Shown here: one piece after another, positions 9,920 to 17,686 of the stretch
Numbering within the stretch: the stretch's first letter is position 1
How the letters are laid out: each line of letters starts with the position of its first letter
Virus record (IMG/VR): IMGVR_UViG_3300025292_000002
Coordinates: 33,568 to 97,567 of that record
Length of the DNA: 64,000 nt
Strand: one strand, 5' to 3'
Source of the DNA: a virus
Lineage: Duplodnaviria; Heunggongvirae; Uroviricota; Caudoviricetes
Translations under genes and position numbers: made by a program
The notes under the pieces: generated by a model
Databases searched by the model: none
Told to the model about the DNA's origin: nothing
The model's input: only the letters and a program-made list of their open reading frames with translations

Positions 9920-9948
9920 ATTGTACTATTTATTCGTCAATAGGTCAA
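9920..9948 (-). promoter_or_regulatory. sigma-A-type promoter (TTGACC-17-TACAAT) for the ParM-like gene
   Basis: minus-strand reading TTGACCtattgacgaataaatagTACAAT. Confidence 0.5.
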
Positions 9949-10129
9949 TATAGAAAATATATAAATCGTATATCAAATCTCGACACCACAGTTTTATCAT
10001 ATATAACATATATATACAAAATATACAAACATTTTTGTTTTCTGACATTATTTACAGATGTACAGACAACTTACTTCCTTTTATCATAAATACGAAAACA
10101 ACTCAAAAACAATACGAAAACAAAATAAA

Positions 10130-10161
10130 AACAAAAAAATACCGAGGATTGCTCCTCGGTA
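10130..10161 (-). terminator. rho-independent terminator
   Basis: hairpin ccgagga-gcaat-cctcgg followed by a T run. Confidence 0.65.
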
Positions 10162-10163
10162 GG

Positions 10164-10418
10164 TCATGTAAGATGTCTGTTTAAAATTTCAGCTAATTCG
10201 AAAGTCGAAATATTTTCTTTGTAATAAACCAGCTGAAAAGCATCAACATGTTCTATGCTCATTGTCCAATTATTGATGGCTTTGTGTTCGATTGTGAAAC
10301 GTAATCCGTTCCAAGCAAATTTTGTCGTGCATAAAACCTTGCTGAAGGCTATCACTTCTTTGACAACCTCAGCATTTTTTTCAACGGGCATATTGCAATT
10401 AATCATAATGTTTTTCAT
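10164..10418 (-). CDS. hypothetical protein
   Basis: 84-aa ORF co-transcribed with the sigma gene. Confidence 0.5.
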   Translation of the reverse strand: MKNIMINCNMPVEKNAEVVKEVIAFSKVLCTTKFAWNGLRFTIEHKAINNWTMSIEHVDAFQLVYYKENISTFELAEILNRHLT

Positions 10419-10436
10419 GTTCGTTTCCTCCGATTT

Positions 10437-11027
10437 TTAGATTGCTAATCCTCGCATTAATAAAAGGGATTGCAATTTTTCTTTTGTTTTGCGTACACGT
10501 TGGTTTGCTGCTTGGCGAGAAATTCCACGCATTTCAGCTAAAACTGTTGAATTAAATTCATGAGGATATAAAATACATAACAGCTCTTCTTTTTCACGAT
10601 TGTCTGTATGTTCCTCGATAACTTGCATGATTTCTTCGCCAACGATGCCACCATATGTGAAATCAACTTCATCTTGCTTGAACATATCTTCATATGTTAA
10701 ATCTTCAGAGTCGCCAAGTGTTGCGTTCATTGAAACAACGCCATAGCTTGTACGTTTTTGAGCTGTGATTTTTTGTGCTTCGTTACCTGTTACCTTTTTT
10801 AATTTGAATGTTAAAAATGTTGAGAAAGCATGCTTTTCATCGTATTCTTCAAACGCTTTCCATGTTTCAAGCTTCATTTCTTGAATCATGTCTTCACGTT
10901 CAATTGAATTGAATTTGCTGATTGCGATGTTAGCTGCTTTGTTAATCATACGATTAAAATGTTTTAAAACCTCCTCGTATGTCATTTCCTTTTTAACACC
11001 GTTTGATAAGATAATAGTTTTTTTCAT
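10437..11027 (-). CDS. phage-encoded sigma-70-family (ECF-like) sigma factor
   Basis: region-2-like LETWKAFEEYDEKHAFSTFLTFKLKK and region-4 helix-turn-helix MRGISRQAANQRVRKTKEKL; 196 aa. Confidence 0.75.
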   Translation of the reverse strand: MKKTIILSNGVKKEMTYEEVLKHFNRMINKAANIAISKFNSIEREDMIQEMKLETWKAFEEYDEKHAFSTFLTFKLKKVTGNEAQKITAQKRTSYGVVSMNATLGDSEDLTYEDMFKQDEVDFTYGGIVGEEIMQVIEEHTDNREKEELLCILYPHEFNSTVLAEMRGISRQAANQRVRKTKEKLQSLLLMRGLAI

Positions 11028-11157
11028 TTTAAAAGCCCCTTTTCAATTTGTTTTTTTAGAATAATGTTTTGGACAGAACGTAAACAGTTGTAAAATTTCA
11101 AATTGTCTGAATTTTCCGTCAACTTAGCTCGTGTATGTGAGGTCTTTATTACATGTG

Positions 11158-11259
11158 TGTCGAACACAATTCTGAAAATTTCGACTTTTTTCGACGTTTT
11201 CTGACACCATTCGACAAAAGTTTCACAAAAGCGTAGTGTTTGGACGCAATTTTCGACAA
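11158..11259. promoter_or_regulatory. phased array of Spo0A-box-like (TGTCGAA) repeats in the sigma-factor leader
   Basis: exact TGTCGAA at 11158-11164 (+), and on the minus strand at 11210-11216 and 11253-11259; 6-of-7 matches at about 11180, 11191 and 11199; spacing about 10-11 bp. Confidence 0.5.
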
Positions 11260-11493
11260 AATATTTGATTATGTTACAACTTTGTTACACAATGTTACAG
11301 TACAAATTTCTTTGTAAGAACTTCGTTGTCCCTTTTCACTTTCTCAATATATCATGGTTGGAAACTTTCGTAAAGTGATATTTACTTTACGGGAATAATG
11401 ACGGACAGTTGCTCGAGTGAGCAACTCCGTATTATCAATGTTTCCAACATGATAAACTTTTTTTATTTTTTTTCAAAGACCTGATGACCTGGT

Positions 11494-11700
11494 TTATTCA
11501 ATTACTTGCCAATCGTCACGACAGATAAAACGGAAAGTGTAATCTACATTGCTGGTTTCTCTAATATCGAGAACTCCTCCTTGTCGTAATTGAATCATGA
11601 TTGTTTGTCGGTGGAAATCCCAGTACCAATATCCGCCCCATTCAGGCAATTTAATTTTTTCGCCTCGTCGCATCAATTTATATGCTTCTTCAAATCTCAT
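11494..11700 (-). CDS. small Trp-rich hypothetical protein
   Basis: 68-aa ORF behind a family promoter. Confidence 0.5.
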   Translation of the reverse strand: MRFEEAYKLMRRGEKIKLPEWGGYWYWDFHRQTIMIQLRQGGVLDIRETSNVDYTFRFICRDDWQVIE

Positions 11701-11731
11701 TGAGAACCAACCTCTTTCTTCAGTATATGCC

Positions 11732-11761
11732 TATTGTATTGTGTTAATTCCGTTTGTAAGA
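11732..11761 (-). promoter_or_regulatory. conserved phage promoter module (family copy)
   Basis: tattgtattgt-N12-tgtaaga. Confidence 0.55.
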
Positions 11762-11783
11762 CAGCAAAATAAATTTTTTTAAA

Positions 11784-12014
11784 TTATTTTACAGCGAAAC
11801 CAATTATTTTTACCTGTGCGTTATGCTTCATTTCTAAATCATCATTATACATTTCCTCAAGATATTTGAGCTTATTGTCGATTTGATGAGGAGGAACTAT
11901 GATTGTTTCTGCCCATTTACCATTTGAATACGGTAAAGCAAATTTTAAATGAAGCTCTCTAATATGATATTTGTCTGCTTTTGCTAATTCGAATAATTCT
12001 TGTTTTTTTGTCAT
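11784..12014 (-). CDS. hypothetical protein
   Basis: 76-aa ORF. Confidence 0.45.
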   Translation of the reverse strand: MTKKQELFELAKADKYHIRELHLKFALPYSNGKWAETIIVPPHQIDNKLKYLEEMYNDDLEMKHNAQVKIIGFAVK

Positions 12015-12538
12015 TTTAATAATCTCCTTTGGAAGTGTTTGTAAACTTCATCAATATGAAGTGGTTTGAAATCTGTAAGCTCAGTGCTAACACATTTGTA
12101 AATATCTTGGTCGAGACCAGTTAAATCTGAATGAACATGACCATGAACATTGCCAATAATTGCTCCATGATTAATTGCCGAACGAATTGCTGAATCATCT
12201 TGTGGATAATGGCTTAAGAAAAGACCTTGATAATAATAGTATTGATACATATCAAATCCCATTTCGTAATACTTTTTACGGCTGAAATAATCATGATTTC
12301 CTTTAATTAAAATTTTTCGACCATGTAATCTTTTAGCAATTTCCTCCGCACGTCTTATCTTGCTAAAAAATACATCTCCGATATGAAAAACTAAATCGTT
12401 TGGCTTAACAGTGTCATTCCAACGCTCAATCAATCTTTCATCCATTTGTGGTACGTCCCCAAATTGTTGTCTTGATGGTTCATAAATGAGGATATTTTTA
12501 TGACCAAAGTGTGTGTCAGCTGAAAGATAAGCATCCAT
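12011..12538 (-). CDS. metallophosphoesterase (calcineurin-like Ser/Thr or polynucleotide phosphatase)
   Basis: motifs DTHFGH, GDVF, GNHD. Confidence 0.75.
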   Translation of the reverse strand: MDAYLSADTHFGHKNILIYEPSRQQFGDVPQMDERLIERWNDTVKPNDLVFHIGDVFFSKIRRAEEIAKRLHGRKILIKGNHDYFSRKKYYEMGFDMYQYYYYQGLFLSHYPQDDSAIRSAINHGAIIGNVHGHVHSDLTGLDQDIYKCVSTELTDFKPLHIDEVYKHFQRRLLK

Positions 12539-12604
12539 ACATACGTTCCCCTAACATAGTTTTATAGTAACACGAACGATTGTTCGGTGTAAAGTGGGAA
12601 CGAC

Positions 12605-13507
12605 CTAGAAAAGGTCGCTCTTCACTTCTTTGATTTTTCGGATTAACAGATTATTCAAAACTTTAAAGTTAACAGTTGGGTGTTTGAGCTTGATAACAAA
12701 GTTCACCGATTCTTCGCTCAAGAATTCATGCCAGATTCTGCCGATTAATTCCCCAACTCGTTTTTGCTCCCACGGTTGGTTTAAGACCATTTTTGAATAT
12801 TCTTTTTCAATAAATGCTTCTGTAGCAAAATCATTGATGATTTTCTCTTCTACTGATGTATTGATTTCGATATTACGGTGACCAAATTCTCTAGCGCTTT
12901 TTTCACGGAACTCATTGCTTACCAATTTAGCCCATACAACTCGACCATAGCGGTTTACAAAATTGTAGTTTTTAACAACCAATCCTTCACCAGCTCCAGC
13001 TCCATCTTTCATTAAGAATGTATTTTTTGGCAATAAGTGAAGCAATTTATCAACTGTAACATCTTGAGATGTCCATAAGCACGGTACATAATCAATGCCA
13101 TATTTTTCTAGCAAAGGTTTGTAATCATCATAATGCATGTATTCTCCGCTCACCATATTAACTACATCGAACACGTAGAATTTTCTCCAAGCATCTTCTC
13201 GATATTCTTTGATTGAGTGTGGAACTAACCATTCGCCATATAATCGTAGCCAAGGGTGGTCAGCGAACAATTTTTGAATGCCTTCATGAGCACGAACTGC
13301 TTTACAGAAACCAGCGTTATCTCCATCTTTAGATTCATCTAAATGACGATTACGAGAGCCTGCCTGAATTTCACCGTCTACTAACCATGCTGAAGCATTT
13401 GTGCCATCTAACTTAGGGAAGATATGAACGATGCCATTTTCGATTCCTGAAGTTTCTTGTGTTCCAAAACGTTTTAATGATTGATATCTTTCAAATTCTG
13501 TAGCCAT
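12605..13507 (-). CDS. ATP-dependent RNA-ligase-like nucleotidyltransferase
   Basis: motif I FPKLDGTNAS (KxDGxN); 300 aa. Confidence 0.55.
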   Translation of the reverse strand: MATEFERYQSLKRFGTQETSGIENGIVHIFPKLDGTNASAWLVDGEIQAGSRNRHLDESKDGDNAGFCKAVRAHEGIQKLFADHPWLRLYGEWLVPHSIKEYREDAWRKFYVFDVVNMVSGEYMHYDDYKPLLEKYGIDYVPCLWTSQDVTVDKLLHLLPKNTFLMKDGAGAGEGLVVKNYNFVNRYGRVVWAKLVSNEFREKSAREFGHRNIEINTSVEEKIINDFATEAFIEKEYSKMVLNQPWEQKRVGELIGRIWHEFLSEESVNFVIKLKHPTVNFKVLNNLLIRKIKEVKSDLF

Positions 13508-13548
13508 AATATTAATTCCTCCATTTATTTTGATTTTTTGTTGTATTT

Positions 13549-13630
13549 ACAGGTTTGTCACGATGCGTTCAATTTTTGAACGTATTGAATATATCTGTGA
13601 CAAACCTGTACTTTTTTTAAAAAGCTTTAC
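13549..13630. repeat. nested inverted repeat with a 13-bp perfect outer stem, plus-strand terminator-like
   Basis: acaggtttgtcac ... gtgacaaacctgt enclosing gttcaa-ttttt-gaac, then T7 on the + strand. Confidence 0.5.
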
Positions 13631-14235
13631 ATAGCTGTTGCCGAATATTTAAGTTCCTGCTCAACAAATGTCTTGACAGCTTTGGTTCCATACTTCACAT
13701 ATACCGCTTTTCGGAACAAAGGATATTTGTGCTTCACACCAGTAGCTGTAGGATAGTACCAAAGTAGTTTGCCCATTGAAGCAATGCGACCACTAAACAG
13801 TTGCTCGAACTCATCAATTTCCAAATCTTTCAGTAGATAACCTCCAGATGAATTTAATCTCACAGGACGAATGTCTGGCACATCATGACCAAAGACTTCG
13901 TCTTTATATAACTCGATAAACTCATCTATGTCCATAACACTCATTCCAATAGCATTGCCACCTGTGGATAGTGAGCGGTTTGTTTTGATGAATACATACA
14001 TGTCTTCTGGTTGCATTTTTACAATTCCTCCGTATTTGTGTAGTTTGTAACCACGTGGCATTCCGATTTTTTTCCAATATTTTAAAATTTCTGATTCACT
14101 CGTTCCAAGCGTTTTACATAAGCCATACGTTTCATCCCAAGTATGGATTGAAAAACCGAATGAGCTCCATTCAACTGTACCATAAGCTCCAGTTACTATA
14201 TTGCAAACAATATTCCCAACTTGTAATACTCCCAT
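13627..14235 (-). CDS. hypothetical protein
   Basis: 202-aa ORF. Confidence 0.55.
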   Translation of the reverse strand: MGVLQVGNIVCNIVTGAYGTVEWSSFGFSIHTWDETYGLCKTLGTSESEILKYWKKIGMPRGYKLHKYGGIVKMQPEDMYVFIKTNRSLSTGGNAIGMSVMDIDEFIELYKDEVFGHDVPDIRPVRLNSSGGYLLKDLEIDEFEQLFSGRIASMGKLLWYYPTATGVKHKYPLFRKAVYVKYGTKAVKTFVEQELKYSATAM

Positions 14236-14247
14236 TCAATTCCCTCC

Positions 14248-14409
14248 TTAGATTTTTTTGATGAAGTATTTGAACTGTTCAAATTCTTCACGAGACAGTT
14301 TCTCATATGCTTTTTTTTCAAGCGTGAATGAGAATTTTGCTGCCATGTATGACAGGCCACCCATAAAACCAATTGCTAAAGCTAATACTGCGATAAATAA
14401 GATTCCCAT
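14248..14409 (-). CDS. small membrane protein (~53 aa, not in ORF track)
   Basis: AAGGAGA RBS 7 nt before ATG; hydrophobic sequence MGILFIAVLALAIGF... Confidence 0.4.
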   Translation of the reverse strand: MGILFIAVLALAIGFMGGLSYMAAKFSFTLEKKAYEKLSREEFEQFKYFIKKI

Positions 14410-14422
14410 AAATCATTCTCCT

Positions 14423-14548
14423 TTACATGAAAAAAGTTTTAATTAAAAACCAAGCACCGTAAATCAGACAAGCGTAGAAAGCAATGTTGATTGCCCAAGC
14501 GAACGCAAGCACTAAACAACCTGCACCAAGGAATTTTTTTATACTCAT
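14423..14548 (-). CDS. small membrane protein (~41 aa, not in ORF track)
   Basis: GAGGAGG RBS; ATGA overlap with the upstream stop; hydrophobic. Confidence 0.4.
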   Translation of the reverse strand: MSIKKFLGAGCLVLAFAWAINIAFYACLIYGAWFLIKTFFM

Positions 14549-14748
14549 TGTTTAGCTGCCTCCTCAATTGATTTGCTAATATCAAGCATTGTAATCATTA
14601 ATCGCTCAAGATTTTCAATATCAACCTTAAACATCATGCCACCAATTTCAACTTCTAAATCGTACTTGTTTTTCTTTGGTGGAATTTTTGCAAGAGCTTC
14701 AAACGTGTGAATAATTTCACCCATTGTCAAATGCTTCTTTTGTCTCAT
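14545..14748 (-). CDS. hypothetical protein (start moved to internal ATG)
   Basis: AAGGAGGAG RBS before MRQKKH; stop-start coupling with the upstream gene. Confidence 0.45.
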   Translation of the reverse strand: MRQKKHLTMGEIIHTFEALAKIPPKKNKYDLEVEIGGMMFKVDIENLERLMITMLDISKSIEEAAKQ

Positions 14749-14749
14749 A

Positions 14750-15094
14750 TTAACGCTCCTCCTTTTCAATATCTCCAGCTTCAATTCTACCATCAAGATA
14801 ATGAATACGATATTCTTTGCTGAAAATCCAAGCTTTATATTCAGAAAGTGGTGTGCCATAAATCATCGGAACATCTTTTCCATCGCCTTCGTCCCATTGT
14901 TCATACCAACGGTCTCCACAGCAAGAACAATCTGAGCCAGAGTTACAACCATCAAAGTAAATTCCAATGCCTACAGCAATATCATTTGCTTGCGAACAAT
15001 TTTCTGCTTCAATAATTACATATTCAGAAATGTCTTTATTAATAACGAATGAACCACCAGAATTATTTTGTGAAAAAGTATAGAATTTTGCCAT
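14750..15094 (-). CDS. hypothetical Cys-rich protein
   Basis: 114-aa ORF with CSCCGD motif. Confidence 0.5.
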   Translation of the reverse strand: MAKFYTFSQNNSGGSFVINKDISEYVIIEAENCSQANDIAVGIGIYFDGCNSGSDCSCCGDRWYEQWDEGDGKDVPMIYGTPLSEYKAWIFSKEYRIHYLDGRIEAGDIEKEER

Positions 15095-15106
15095 TTAAAT
15101 CATCTC

Positions 15107-15229
15107 CTATTTGTTATTGTTGTAGTAACAATCTTCGCATACGGGCTCTTGCCCGTACACAAAGTTGTCGTAAGTTTTATCTTCGCCACAAACCACACAC
15201 ATTTCAGTTGGTTCTTTTTTAGTTGGCAT
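15107..15229 (-). CDS. small zinc-ribbon protein (~40 aa)
   Basis: CVVCG...CEDC; GAGGAA RBS. Confidence 0.4.
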   Translation of the reverse strand: MPTKKEPTEMCVVCGEDKTYDNFVYGQEPVCEDCYYNNNK

Positions 15230-15848
15230 TTTCAAGTTCCTCGATTTTTCTTTCAATGAACGCAATAACATCTGCTTTTCGCTCACCGTTTCGAGCGTGG
15301 TCATTAGCTTGTTGAATTTCTTGAAGCAACAATTCATCGTCGTATAAATCGAAACCTAGCTTTTCAAGAGCTGCACCAACGAAATCTTCCATTTCATCAA
15401 CTTCACCGCTACGAGCTGTTATCATGATTGATTGAATTTCATAATCGCTGCCATAAATTGTACCCTCATCCAGTTGAGTTAATTGCTCGTTGCTAACACC
15501 TGCATTTTTCAATAAAAGACCGATAGCGCAATTATTCGTTTGACATCCTGAAACATATTCACCATCAGCTAACTCGTCCTGTTTGTTAATTGTTTCGATT
15601 AAACCTTTTAATGCTTCGACTTTTTTCATTGTAATTTCCTCCATATCTTCAAATTGTACTGAATTAAAACGAATACCAGGAATTTCTTTTACATAAACAT
15701 CTGTTTGGCTTGAATGAACTACAGTATAACCAACTGTGTAAACTTGATTTAATTCAAGGTATTTTTGAGCTGTTGTTTTATCATGGTCCCAACCATTGTT
15801 TGAATGTTTAAAAACGATTTTGCTTCCTTCTTCTGCGTAGATATTCAT
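15219..15848 (-). CDS. hypothetical protein
   Basis: 209-aa ORF. Confidence 0.55.
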   Translation of the reverse strand: MNIYAEEGSKIVFKHSNNGWDHDKTTAQKYLELNQVYTVGYTVVHSSQTDVYVKEIPGIRFNSVQFEDMEEITMKKVEALKGLIETINKQDELADGEYVSGCQTNNCAIGLLLKNAGVSNEQLTQLDEGTIYGSDYEIQSIMITARSGEVDEMEDFVGAALEKLGFDLYDDELLLQEIQQANDHARNGERKADVIAFIERKIEELENAN

Positions 15849-15949
15849 TATTTTTCCTCCTTAGATAATTGCCAAACTGCTAACAATGTTATTAATATTC
15901 CAACCATCATACCTAAGCCGAATGCTGCGATGAAAACACTTGTATCCAT
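15848..15949 (-). CDS. small membrane protein (~33 aa)
   Basis: TAATG coupling at both ends; hydrophobic. Confidence 0.35.
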   Translation of the reverse strand: MDTSVFIAAFGLGMMVGILITLLAVWQLSKEEK

Positions 15950-16239
15950 TATTTATCCATCTTTGGCAAGTCGATTTTTTGAATTATATAATCTGAGCCA
16001 TAATGAATCGTTACAGTGTTCCCTACAGCCATCAATCTGGCTGTTTTGTCGTCTATTACGCCCATTTGATATTTATTACCATCTTTTTCGAAATATGCTT
16101 GATTGTTGGATTCAAATTTTCGGTATTGATTCTGCATATCAACAATTTTCACATTTTCCATTGTTTGAAGCTTTTCAGGTTCTCCGCAACCTGCTAATAA
16201 AGCTACGGAAAACACACAAGCTATAACTTTTTTGAACAT
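15949..16239 (-). CDS. putative lipoprotein
   Basis: signal peptide with lipobox LLAGC. Confidence 0.55.
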   Translation of the reverse strand: MFKKVIACVFSVALLAGCGEPEKLQTMENVKIVDMQNQYRKFESNNQAYFEKDGNKYQMGVIDDKTARLMAVGNTVTIHYGSDYIIQKIDLPKMDK

Positions 16240-16436
16240 GATAGTTCCTCCTCGATTTCATCAATCATATCAAGCACTATATTATAAGCTGATACTCTTG
16301 ATTCCCAATACCCAAGGTCGTAACCTGCCATAAATTGCTCATTGTCCTTGTGAATCCGTCGTAAATCGGAAAAATCAGAAGCACGTTGATTTGCATGTCT
16401 AAGTCTCCCACGGACAGCTCTTTCTAAATCTTTCAT
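16221..16436 (-). CDS. hypothetical protein
   Basis: 71-aa ORF. Confidence 0.45.
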   Translation of the reverse strand: MKDLERAVRGRLRHANQRASDFSDLRRIHKDNEQFMAGYDLGYWESRVSAYNIVLDMIDEIEEELSCSKKL

Positions 16437-16462
16437 AACATCCTCCTAGTAAAATTCACATT

Positions 16463-16846
16463 TTATTCGGCTAAACCGTGCGTTTCCTTTAAAGCCTGAT
16501 ACAATTTTTCGATTAACTCTACAGGAACATATCCGTAGACACCGCCAGCGTCGTATTCTTCGAACTCATCTGCTAGTGGAGAATCAGGAAGCGCTTCTCG
16601 AACATTGATGAAACCGTTTATCATTAAAGCAATTTCCATTCTTGAGTATTCGCTTAATTCAAGCGTTTCTCGAGGTGTGCAATAATGACCGTAGCTTGCT
16701 TGAACACTTAACACAATACCATTGTTAAATACTAAACCTTTTAACATTCTGTAATGGGTCATTCCTCTAAGCTCAGGTTTTGTTAAAATTTGAAATTTCA
16801 TTTTTAAGCTGTCTTCCGTTTGATGAAGCTTTGTTAAAAATTCCAT
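16463..16846 (-). CDS. hypothetical protein
   Basis: 127-aa ORF behind a family promoter. Confidence 0.55.
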   Translation of the reverse strand: MEFLTKLHQTEDSLKMKFQILTKPELRGMTHYRMLKGLVFNNGIVLSVQASYGHYCTPRETLELSEYSRMEIALMINGFINVREALPDSPLADEFEEYDAGGVYGYVPVELIEKLYQALKETHGLAE

Positions 16847-16885
16847 TTGTTACAACCTTCTTTCATTTAATGTTTGTTACAACGT

Positions 16886-16915
16886 TATTGTATTGAAAGC
16901 GTTTGGTTTGTAAGA
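16886..16915 (-). promoter_or_regulatory. conserved phage promoter module (family copy)
   Basis: tattgtattga-N12-tgtaaga. Confidence 0.6.
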
Positions 16916-16922
16916 CAGCGTT

Positions 16923-17117
16923 TTATTTTAATTTTTGAAGTTTTCTTTCGCTCCATTTCATTGCCCAGTACAATTCTTCAGGAACGAGAATTTCCTTGAA
17001 AAATAGCTTTAAAAACGGTGAATCTAATTCTCGTTTGCCATGATGTGTTTGCACGTACCAATCGCTGTTTTCTAACATTTGTTTGATAATTTCGCTCATA
17101 CTTACTGGTTTATTCAT
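16923..17117 (-). CDS. hypothetical protein
   Basis: 64-aa ORF. Confidence 0.45.
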   Translation of the reverse strand: MNKPVSMSEIIKQMLENSDWYVQTHHGKRELDSPFLKLFFKEILVPEELYWAMKWSERKLQKLK

Positions 17118-17308
17118 AATATTTCCCCTTTTCTTATTGAATATAGATATTCAATTTCGTATACCCCAATTGCTTCAATAGAATCTTCTCGTTGAACGAG
17201 CTCAAAGAATTGAAGCTTCCAAGTTGGGTTGCAATCAATAACCCTTTTTAACGCTTTTGTTAAATCGTACATATTTTTTTCTTCGAAATAATGTACCGTT
17301 TGTTTCAT
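17114..17308 (-). CDS. hypothetical protein (start moved downstream of the family promoter)
   Basis: AAGGAG RBS before MKQTV. The 18-bp palindrome variant lies inside the coding sequence. Confidence 0.45.
   Translation of the reverse strand: MKQTVHYFEEKNMYDLTKALKRVIDCNPTWKLQFFELVQREDSIEAIGVYEIEYLYSIRKGEIL
17137..17154. repeat. 18-bp palindrome family variant inside a coding sequence (ttgaatatagatattcaa)
   Basis: 16 of 18 identity, palindromic. Confidence 0.5.
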
Positions 17309-17336
17309 GTTTTCAACTCCTTGTGGTTGATAATAG

Positions 17337-17366
17337 TATTGTATTGACGAAAACCATTTTGTAAGA
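17337..17366 (-). promoter_or_regulatory. conserved phage promoter module (family copy)
   Basis: tattgtattga-N12-tgtaaga. Confidence 0.6.
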
Positions 17367-17379
17367 CGTGGCGAGAAAA

Positions 17380-17413
17380 AAGAAAATAAAAAACCCGTGA
17401 CTTTCGCCACGGA
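17380..17413 (-). terminator. rho-independent terminator after the nrd operon
   Basis: hairpin ccgtg-gcgaaagt-cacgg followed by T6. Confidence 0.6.
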
Positions 17414-17420
17414 TTAGTTG

Positions 17421-17684
17421 TTACAGTTTGCCAATATCTTCTAAAAGCTCGTTAATTAAACCAGGATTAATACCGACCACACGAGCATATTCAGTACCAT
17501 CTTCATTGAAAGCCACGAGTGTAGGTGTAGACATTACACCGAATTCCTCTTCTACACGTTTTAGTTCTGCATCGTCAGCAATTAAAATGCTTTCGTCTAC
17601 TTCGACTTCCATTTGTTTTAACATCATTTCTAAAATGTTGCATGGATTACATGTTGTTTGCGTAAATTTCACTAGTTTTTTCAT
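17421..17684 (-). CDS. thioredoxin/NrdH-like redoxin
   Basis: CNPC active-site motif; 87 aa; last gene of the nrd cluster. Confidence 0.7.
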   Translation of the reverse strand: MKKLVKFTQTTCNPCNILEMMLKQMEVEVDESILIADDAELKRVEEEFGVMSTPTLVAFNEDGTEYARVVGINPGLINELLEDIGKL

Positions 17685-17686
17685 AA

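Noticed and set aside
11470-11494. A possible terminator downstream of gene 11494..11700 (CCAGGTCATCAGGTC)
   Set aside because: The two halves are direct, not inverted, repeats, so no stable hairpin forms.
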